Part shown: positions 57,131 through 64,000 of the stretch, piece after piece
Numbering within the stretch: the first letter of the stretch is position 1
How the letters are laid out: the number at the start of each line of letters is the position of its first letter
Source: Bdellovibrionota bacterium
GTDB taxonomy: Bacteria > Bdellovibrionota_C > UBA2361
Direction: 5' to 3'
Length of the DNA stretch: 64,000 bases
Assembly (NCBI GenBank): GCA_044352465.1
Contig: JBILDU010000004.1
Location: forward strand, 427 to 64,426
Translations under genes and position numbers: made by a program
Notes under the pieces: generated by a model
Databases searched by the model: none
The model's input: the letters and a program-made list of their open reading frames with translations, nothing else
What the model was told of the DNA's origin: nothing

Positions 57131-57140
57131 CGATATATCG
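57131..57140. promoter_or_regulatory. Perfect 10-bp palindrome CGATATATCG, 16 nt upstream of the sahR-like start (candidate operator)
   Basis: cgatatatcg at 57131-57140 lies within an AT-rich promoter region. The function is inferred only from position. Confidence 0.35.
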
Positions 57141-57155
57141 CCGATACTACGACCC

Positions 57156-58091
57156 ATGGAACTCCTCGACGCCTATAAAGCCCTGGCCGATGAATCACGC
57201 CTCCGGCTTATCCACATCCTCAGCCAGGGATACTTTAACGTCCAAGAGTTGACCTCCATTCTGGAGATCTCCCAACCCACGATTAGCCACCACTTAAAGG
57301 TCCTCCAAAGCGCAGGAATTACCACAAGCTACAAAGAGGGTACCTGGACCTACCATAAACTGGTGAGCGCGGGCTCCGCGTCCCTCTCTCCGGCGGTTGC
57401 TTACAACTTCTTAGAACTCGCCGCCTCCTCCTCAAAAAACGGGCATACCGCAATGTTTTCGAAGGACAGAGACGCGGTCGGCGAGATCCTCGCTCGTCGC
57501 CGCGACGCTTCCCATCGCTACTTCGAATCGGTTGCGAGCAACTGGAAAGAGATCCGGCGCGAGGCGCAAGGCGATACCGCCTACTTTTCTGAGCTTGAGG
57601 GGTTAATCTCGGCGGAGGCCACGCTGCTTGAGCTCGGCTGCGGCTCGGGCGCCCTTCTCGATGCGCTCCTCCCCCGCTCTGGCAAAACAATCGGGGTCGA
57701 TTATTCGCGGGCGATGCTTGAGGAGGCAAAGCGAAACCTTGGCGACAAATCGTCGGCCGTTGAACTCCGTTTGGGAGAACTTGAGCACCTTCCGCTCGCT
57801 GATAACTCGGTCGATATCGCCGTGGCATGTATGGTACTCCACCACATCGCTCAGCCGGAAAAGGTTTTAGCGGAGGCGGTACGGGTCATCAAAAGCGGCG
57901 GGTCGTTGATTATCGTCGACCTCATGCATCACACGAACGAATATATGCGGGAGCGTTTCGCTGACCTGTGGCTCGGCTTCGAGCCGAGCGATATCGAAAC
58001 GTGGCTGAAGTCTATCGGCTTTCAAGCCCCGCAAACCAAGATCCTTGGAGAAGGAAAGGAAGTTTTTATCGTATCAACCCTTAAACCGTAA
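57156..58091 (+). CDS. ArsR-type HTH fused to a SAM-dependent methyltransferase domain (SahR-like regulator)
   Basis: ArsR HTH ([13 protein letters not shown]...[22 protein letters not shown]) and methyltransferase motif I ([11 protein letters not shown]). It lies directly upstream of ahcY. Confidence 0.75.
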   Translation: MELLDAYKALADESRLRLIHILSQGYFNVQELTSILEISQPTISHHLKVLQSAGITTSYKEGTWTYHKLVSAGSASLSPAVAYNFLELAASSSKNGHTAMFSKDRDAVGEILARRRDASHRYFESVASNWKEIRREAQGDTAYFSELEGLISAEATLLELGCGSGALLDALLPRSGKTIGVDYSRAMLEEAKRNLGDKSSAVELRLGELEHLPLADNSVDIAVACMVLHHIAQPEKVLAEAVRVIKSGGSLIIVDLMHHTNEYMRERFADLWLGFEPSDIETWLKSIGFQAPQTKILGEGKEVFIVSTLKP

Positions 58092-58098
58092 GGAATGT

Positions 58099-59403
58099 AT
58101 GAAACAGGATAGGATTGATTTTAAAGTTGCTGACATCGGACTCGCCGATTGGGGCCGGAAAGAGATCGAGCTCGCTGAAAAAGAGATGCCCGGTCTGATG
58201 GCGCTCCGCGAGGAGTACGGCAAATCGCAGCCGCTCAAAGGTGCGCGTATCGCTGGCTGCCTCCACATGACGACCCAAACTGCGGTCCTCATCGAGACGT
58301 TGACGGCCCTCGGCGCCGAGGTGCGGTGGTCGAGCTGCAACATCTTCTCAACTCAAGACCAAGCCGCCGCTGCGATCGCGAAGGCCGGCATTCCGGTCTT
58401 TGCGTGGAAGGGCGAGACCCTTGAGGAGTACGACTGGTGTATCGAGCAGACGATTATGTTCGGCGACAAAGGTCCCAACATGATCCTCGATGATGGCGGG
58501 GATCTTACCATGATCGTCCACAACAAATATCCGGAGCTTTTAAAGGAGATCTACGGCATCTCGGAAGAGACCACGACCGGTGTTCACCGTCTCTATCAGA
58601 TGCACGAGCGGGGCGAGCTCAAACTCCCGGCGTTTAACGTCAACGATTCGGTCACCAAGTCGAAGTTCGACAACCTCTACGGGTGCCGTGAGTCGCTCGC
58701 CGACGGTTTGAAACGCGCCACCGGCGTCATGATCGCGGGCAAGGTGGTGTGCGTTGCGGGCTACGGCGATGTTGGTAAGGGGTGCGCTCACTCGATGCGA
58801 AGCTACGGTGCTCGCGTCCTCATCACCGAGATCGACCCGATCAACGCGCTTCAAGCGGCGATGGAGGGCTTCGAGGTCATGACTATGGAGACCGCGGCAC
58901 CGGTCGCCGATATCTTCGTTACCGCCACCGGCAACGTCGATATCATCACCGGGAAGCACTTCCCGATGATGAAAGACCAAGCGATCCTCTGCAACATCGG
59001 GCATTTCGACAACGAGATCGAGGTCGCGTGGCTTGAGAAGAACCCTGAGGTTAAAGAGATCAACATTAAGCCTCAGGTCGATAAGTTCGTGTTGCCAAAT
59101 GGCAACGAGCTTATCCTTCTGGCGCGGGGACGACTCGTGAACTTAGGGTGTGCCGCGGGCCACCCGAGCTTCGTCATGTCGACCTCGTTTACGAACCAGA
59201 CGATCGCGCAGATCGAGCTCTTCACCAACAAGGGCAAGTACCCAGTGGGGGTACACGTCCTTCCGAAGGTGCTCGACGAGAAGGTTGCGCGCCTCCACAT
59301 CGGCAAGCTTGGCATCGAGCTCACTCAGCTCTCCGATAAGCAGGCCGAGTACCTGGGCGTGAAGAAAGAGGGTCCGTACAAGCCCGAGTACTACCGCTAC
59401 TAA
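58099..59403 (+). CDS. ahcY: Adenosylhomocysteinase
   Basis: [26 protein letters not shown], the NAD motif [12 protein letters not shown] and C-terminal KPEYYRY. Confidence 0.95.
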   Translation: MKQDRIDFKVADIGLADWGRKEIELAEKEMPGLMALREEYGKSQPLKGARIAGCLHMTTQTAVLIETLTALGAEVRWSSCNIFSTQDQAAAAIAKAGIPVFAWKGETLEEYDWCIEQTIMFGDKGPNMILDDGGDLTMIVHNKYPELLKEIYGISEETTTGVHRLYQMHERGELKLPAFNVNDSVTKSKFDNLYGCRESLADGLKRATGVMIAGKVVCVAGYGDVGKGCAHSMRSYGARVLITEIDPINALQAAMEGFEVMTMETAAPVADIFVTATGNVDIITGKHFPMMKDQAILCNIGHFDNEIEVAWLEKNPEVKEINIKPQVDKFVLPNGNELILLARGRLVNLGCAAGHPSFVMSTSFTNQTIAQIELFTNKGKYPVGVHVLPKVLDEKVARLHIGKLGIELTQLSDKQAEYLGVKKEGPYKPEYYRY

Positions 59404-59435
59404 GAGGTCCTCGAAAGAGGATGCGGTAAACGCAG

Positions 59436-59475
59436 CGCCCGATCACATCGCACAGATGTGGTCGGGCGTTTTTTT
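59436..59475 (+). terminator. Rho-independent terminator after ahcY
   Basis: cgcccgatcacatc - gcaca - gatgtggtcgggcg followed by T7. Confidence 0.8.
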
Positions 59476-59552
59476 GTAGGTATTTCTTAAGCGCACACCG
59501 AACGGCTCCACTTATCATTCATCGGGGGCGTTCGCGCGGGCGGACTTCGGAG

Positions 59553-60476
59553 TTAAGAATTCACCTTAACCGTTTCAAGGTAGCTCTCTTCGAGGGTCTT
59601 CTGTGATTCAAGCCCGAGAATGTCGACTCCGCGGGAAAGAAGGGTTGATAAAACAATGCGATTCACCTCGGCTACCTGAAAGCGTTGCGGATCGAATCGG
59701 GCGGTGAGGACGCCCCCGTCCACCGTGACATGAAAATCAGGAAGCGCCGTGACAAGCGCGTTAGCTTGATCGCCGATCGCACCGATCTGCACCGTGACCT
59801 TGGATACGTCACCCAAGATTCCCTCGAGCGGCCCTTGGCGGACCAGCCGACCCGCCTCAATAATACAGACGTAATCACACAGCGCCTGGAGCTCACGCAG
59901 ATCGTGGGAGCTGATGACGACCGTCGTCTTACCCCGAATCGCCTCGATATTCTCCCGAAAATTCCGTTGCATCACGGGATCGAGTCCCGCGGTTGGCTCA
60001 TCGAGCAGCACCAACGGGGGATTCCCGATCAGCGCCTGGGCGACCCCCAGCCGCACCTTCATCCCCCGAGAGAGGTTCTCCGGATTACTCTCAGCCCGAT
60101 CCTCTAGCTTCACCAGCGCCAAAACCCGCGCGACCTCACTCCGGGCCGCTGCACCGCGCAGCCCCGCAAGACGCGCAAAGAGAAGGAGCTGCCGCGCCAC
60201 CGTCCTTGTCTCAAAAAAATGGACGTCTTGGGGCAGGAGGCCGATGACACCACCGGAGCGACGGAACTCGGCCAAGGAGACCCCGCCGACCTCGATGCTC
60301 CCGCCGTGGGCCTTAATAAACTGACCGATAATAGAGAATGTCGTCGTCTTCCCCGCTCCGTTAGCCCCGACAAAAGCCGCGACCGAATTCCGCGGAATGT
60401 CGAGGGACAGCCCCTGTAGCGCCGCATGGCGACCGAACCGGCGCTGCAGATCTCGAATGACAAGAAATCCGCTCAT
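59553..60476 (-). CDS. ABC transporter ATP-binding protein
   Basis: Walker A GANGAGKTT, signature LSRGMKVR and Walker B LVLLDEPTAGLD. Confidence 0.9.
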   Translation of the reverse strand: MSGFLVIRDLQRRFGRHAALQGLSLDIPRNSVAAFVGANGAGKTTTFSIIGQFIKAHGGSIEVGGVSLAEFRRSGGVIGLLPQDVHFFETRTVARQLLLFARLAGLRGAAARSEVARVLALVKLEDRAESNPENLSRGMKVRLGVAQALIGNPPLVLLDEPTAGLDPVMQRNFRENIEAIRGKTTVVISSHDLRELQALCDYVCIIEAGRLVRQGPLEGILGDVSKVTVQIGAIGDQANALVTALPDFHVTVDGGVLTARFDPQRFQVAEVNRIVLSTLLSRGVDILGLESQKTLEESYLETVKVNS

Positions 60477-61306
60477 ACGTCCCGCCGCAAAAATCCGGCA
60501 AGACCAAGCGCCGCAAACCCACTACCCCATGCAGTGAGCGCACCGACGGAGCTCCACATGTACCGATCGAACGGCAAGAATAGGCCCACCATCGAGGTGC
60601 TCGCGAGAGGACTCAAATGAGGCCACCAGCCGAGCATGATGAAAAACACTACCCACAAGACGTTGAGCCGCACGATCGCGCTCATCGGCTTGCGGGTCCA
60701 ACTCGATACCCAAGCGGTCGATGCCACCACAAAAAAGATAAACGGAACCGCCACGGTGAAATAGAGCGCCCCGAGACCGGCATAGTCGGCGAGCTTAAAT
60801 TGCGCCACCGTCACCCCACAGATGGCGACTAACCCGATCATCCCCACAAGCTGCAAACCGGCGAAGAGGAGGAAATGGGCCATGAGCTTTGCGAGGTAGT
60901 AGGCCAACCGACTACTACGCTGGAGGACGAAGCGGAGCGTCCCGCGATCGATATCGATCGCTACCATGTCGCAACTGACAAGACCCACAACGGTCGGCAG
61001 CCAGAGAAGCGAGAAGAGCTGAAACATCCAGAGCGCCGCAGGGTAATGACTCAACTGAATGATAAAATCAACCGTATCTTCGAGTTCGAATTTCTGAAGC
61101 ATCTGCTTGAGCTCCTCAATCTGAGGGGCGGCTGCGAGAACGTTCGTGACCGGCTCGAAATGGCGCTGCACCTTACTGAACCAATACATCGCGCTCACTA
61201 AGACCACGAGATACAAGAGGAGGGTGAGCATCGAGCGCTTTCGACCAGCGAGGTCGAAAAGCTCCTCAGTGGTCAGCACCCATAAATGTCTCAGGAATAC
61301 CCGCAT
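60473..61306 (-). CDS. ABC-2-type transporter permease
   Basis: Six predicted hydrophobic segments. There is a 4-nt overlap with the ATPase gene downstream. Confidence 0.6.
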   Translation of the reverse strand: MRVFLRHLWVLTTEELFDLAGRKRSMLTLLLYLVVLVSAMYWFSKVQRHFEPVTNVLAAAPQIEELKQMLQKFELEDTVDFIIQLSHYPAALWMFQLFSLLWLPTVVGLVSCDMVAIDIDRGTLRFVLQRSSRLAYYLAKLMAHFLLFAGLQLVGMIGLVAICGVTVAQFKLADYAGLGALYFTVAVPFIFFVVASTAWVSSWTRKPMSAIVRLNVLWVVFFIMLGWWPHLSPLASTSMVGLFLPFDRYMWSSVGALTAWGSGFAALGLAGFLRRDV

Positions 61307-61461
61307 TTCGATCCCTTGTCCGCGCCTGCGTCACAGTAACGCTTCGCACGAGCGCCGGCAACAGCGCATCCGTAGAGAGAGCGCGCCTACGGAGAGGTAG
61401 TTGCAGTTCTACCTTCAGTGGTATGGTGAGAGACTACCGAACATCCGCTTCCAAAAAAGCG

Positions 61462-61866
61462 TTAATGTAACAACTCGGTAAAACACAGGTCGAAGCGAGG
61501 TATCTCTGCCTCAAAGTACCCGCCGTCGGAGAGCTGAAAAAGATACGATCCATGCATCTCGCCGAAGGGATCGTTAATCACCGCACTACTCGTGTAGGTA
61601 AAAGACTCGCCGACTTTCAGCACCGGCTTCTCACCGACGACCCCCGGCCCCACCACATTCCCGATCTGATGGCCCGCCGAAAAAATCCGCCAATGCCGCT
61701 CGATGAGCTGACATGTCCCCGCACTCTCGTTCTCAATCGTGACGGTATAGGCGAACACATAAACCCGCTCAGCCGGCTGTGATTCACTCGGAAGCGGTGA
61801 CGGAAGGACCGAGATCCTCACCCCATTAGTTGTTGCGATATAATGAGCTACCGGCATTGTTGTCAT
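61462..61866 (-). CDS. apaG: ApaG (DUF525) protein
   Basis: FAYTVTIENESAGTCQLIERHWRI...GPGVVGEKPVLKVGESFTYTS...GEMHGSY pattern. Start at ATG 61866. Confidence 0.8.
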   Translation of the reverse strand: MTTMPVAHYIATTNGVRISVLPSPLPSESQPAERVYVFAYTVTIENESAGTCQLIERHWRIFSAGHQIGNVVGPGVVGEKPVLKVGESFTYTSSAVINDPFGEMHGSYLFQLSDGGYFEAEIPRFDLCFTELLH

Positions 61867-62168
61867 GTGTCTATTGAACCCGAATTGACGTCCCCGAATT
61901 GACGTCATTGCATCGAGGCAAAGACGGCAGTGGTACGTGCATCCTTACACAGGCTGACCGTCATATAGCGGCGAGCTCCGTCCAAGAGCAGCTACATCTG
62001 CGGGATATCATACGACTGGCGCGGTCGGAAAGGCCCTTCTTCATAAAAGCAAAAACGATGCGCGGCCATGCCTAAGAGCGATCATTGGCGTTTCGTCGAA
62101 ACTTGCTGAGTATGGGCGGAAACCGGGGGCAAGTTAAAGCCCCCTCACTTTTGAATACTGGAGAACGT

Positions 62169-62921
62169 ATGATTTTATCTAGCCGCCGAGCAGCGCTCGG
62201 TCTTTTGACAGCTGCAGCCGTTATCGCTGGAAACAACTCCGCACTTTTTGCCGAGAGCAAGCCCCATACCGGCTCAGTGGAGACCGAGTCCCCCCGGGCA
62301 CGAATGGAGGAGCCGAAACTTCGCGATACCGCTCCCGACAAGATCTTACGGAATGCGGCTGAGGCATATCGCTCGATCGTCCGTGGCACACAGGGAGAAG
62401 TGCCCGCATCTGTGCTGGCAGCCGCTAAGTGTGTCGCAGTCTTCCCGAACGTCACAACCGCGGCGCTCGTGGTCGGCGGATCTCACGGCGACGGTACCGT
62501 CAGCTGCAAGACCAAAGCAGGCACGTGGTCGGCTCCTGGATTTGTTGACATGAGTGGTGGCAGCTTCGGAGCCCAACTCGGTGGGAAATCAAGCGATGTG
62601 GTGCTATTCTTCCAAGACGAGGAATCGGTCAACGCTCTGAAGAAAGGGAAATTCAACCTTGGTGCTGACGCCAGCGTCGCAGCCGGAACCTACTCCGCTG
62701 CAGCCGAGATGAAGCACAAGGGCGTAATCGCTTACCAGCACAGTGAGGGGGCGTACGCAGGGGCCTCTCTGACCGGTACCAACGTTATCAAAGACGATCG
62801 TGCCGCGGAGAGCTACTACAAGAAACCGATTGATTTCGTAGAGATTATCGAAGGTAAGACAACCCCTGCCGTTACCGCCGCCGCGGATGAATTCCTGGCG
62901 CTCCTCCCCCGTCAGGTGTAG
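62169..62921 (+). CDS. SYLF (DUF500/Ysc84-like) domain protein with Tat-like signal
   Basis: MILSSRRAALGLL signal. AKCVAVFPNV...GGSHGDGTVSC...SFGAQLGG...FNLGADASVAAG matches SYLF-domain architecture. Confidence 0.7.
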   Translation: MILSSRRAALGLLTAAAVIAGNNSALFAESKPHTGSVETESPRARMEEPKLRDTAPDKILRNAAEAYRSIVRGTQGEVPASVLAAAKCVAVFPNVTTAALVVGGSHGDGTVSCKTKAGTWSAPGFVDMSGGSFGAQLGGKSSDVVLFFQDEESVNALKKGKFNLGADASVAAGTYSAAAEMKHKGVIAYQHSEGAYAGASLTGTNVIKDDRAAESYYKKPIDFVEIIEGKTTPAVTAAADEFLALLPRQV

Positions 62922-63066
62922 TTGTGCCCCCCTACCCTACGCTCGGCTTCGAATGAAGCGGTGGCTTTCATTCCAAAGGACCGACGTGGGGTAGAACCAG
63001 AGATTGATTCCCCCTGCCCCGAGCGTTATATTCCTCCGGCTGTTGTTTTACCGAGAGGAACGTACG

Positions 63067-63618
63067 ATGAAGCGCGACAAAGTAGCGAAGTTTATGGCGC
63101 TGGCGGGGCAAAAGCTTTCCGACAACTTTCACGGTGGAAGCGAGGCTGAGCGGAAGCTTGGTGCCCAGCTTCTGCTCTCAGAGGTGCTCGAATACGTTAT
63201 CGACGGCCTCGGTGTGACTCCGGAGATCAATGGAATTAAAGTGACCGATCCTGAAGCGGTCCATTACCATGCTGAGCGCTCTCCCGATCCAGCTGAGATG
63301 CTCGATGGTCTCGCCGATGTGGCCTACACCATGTATTGGAACGCCAACGCCTTCGGCGTTCCGCTCGAGGCGGGTTACGAATTGGTGTGCGACAACAACC
63401 TCGAAAAATTCGTTAAACTTGATAGCTGGGCGAAGGGCCTGGTGGAACTCCCATCGACCGACTGGCACTGTAGGTGCAGCGCCGGTTGGCCCGAAGAGGT
63501 GGTACGGGTCGCGGTCGTGGAGCTTAATGGGGAGTGGTACGCGGTGGGCAAGGATGCCCGTGGCAAGGTTCGGAAGCCCCTGCACTTTAAGGCCGTCGAT
63601 CTCTCCCACCTCCTTTAA
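63067..63618 (+). CDS. All-alpha NTP-pyrophosphohydrolase-like (MazG-like) protein
   Basis: KFMALAGQ...LLLSEVLEYV...MLDGLADVAYTMYW...CDNNLEKF resembles phage/bacterial MazG-like domains. This is a moderate call. Confidence 0.5.
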   Translation: MKRDKVAKFMALAGQKLSDNFHGGSEAERKLGAQLLLSEVLEYVIDGLGVTPEINGIKVTDPEAVHYHAERSPDPAEMLDGLADVAYTMYWNANAFGVPLEAGYELVCDNNLEKFVKLDSWAKGLVELPSTDWHCRCSAGWPEEVVRVAVVELNGEWYAVGKDARGKVRKPLHFKAVDLSHLL

Positions 63619-63712
63619 AAGTGGAGCATTGACGAGGTTTTAAAGCTTCTTCGGTGGCTGAGAGGCTGTGTTGAAAAGTTTAGCCGTTCCTGTACTATAG
63701 CGGCCCTAAGGT

Positions 63713-63788
<76 letters not shown>

Positions 63789-64000
63789 TTCTTGCCCCGT
63801 GTTGTCTTGTCTCTTAGGGGGCCGTCCGCATACGTAGCCCCTCTATCCTATCAGCCGAAGCTCTCAGTTCGTCGTAAACCGCTCTGCCTCTCATTGGCCG
63901 CCGCCCCTGACCGGACTCATCTGCGGCTTAAGGAGCCCACTCACTGTTCGCATCCCCCGGGCCTGTCTCAAGCGGTGCCCCGCTCAAAATGAGCTAACCT

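Noticed and set aside
58092-58098. An SAH riboswitch upstream of ahcY.
   Set aside because: Only 7 nt separate the sahR-like stop from the ahcY start, so there is no room for a riboswitch. Regulation is more likely protein-based.
63789-64000. An integration hotspot or genomic-island start immediately after tRNA-Thr.
   Set aside because: Only about 210 nt are visible before the window ends. I can see no integrase, no direct repeat of the tRNA 3' end and no compositional shift.

Overview
This 64 kb window is a moderately GC-rich bacterial chromosomal segment. Most of it is housekeeping genes that I could recognise from the translations. They include rplU-rpmA-obg, rsfS, gpmI, purM, eno, lnt, ftsB, a DciA-like gene, kup, rsmD, mazG, comF, nuoA, ahcY with a SahR-like regulator, an lpdA-lipB-E1(alpha/beta fusion)-E2 2-oxoacid dehydrogenase cluster, a thiolase, an ABC exporter, tRNA-Arg(UCU) and tRNA-Thr(CGU). 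Several accessory, eukaryote-like genes sit among them: a flagellin whose variable core is a 7-repeat FG-GAP propeller, a collagen-like protein with 30 uninterrupted Gly-X-Y triplets, an ephrin-receptor-like CxxC-repeat secreted protein, an FHA/Hanks-kinase module and a SYLF-domain protein. This mix of domains and the SahR-type regulator suggest a delta-proteobacterial, myxobacterial or bdellovibrio-like lineage, but that is inference only. The most unusual locus is a ~2.2-2.7 kb ORF-free interval between comF and a GNAT gene (about 28.3-31.0 kb). Its plus strand is G-rich and densely packed with short perfect hairpins capped by UUCG/GNRA-type loops. A pair of DnaA boxes lies upstream and a canonical plus-strand intrinsic terminator closes it. 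I interpret it as a candidate very large structured non-coding RNA that matches no RNA class I can recognise by eye. A family of REP-like palindromes occurs at two convergent gene ends, once as a 172-bp tandem array. No CRISPR array, rRNA or intact mobile element is visible; there is only a truncated transposase relic at the left edge.
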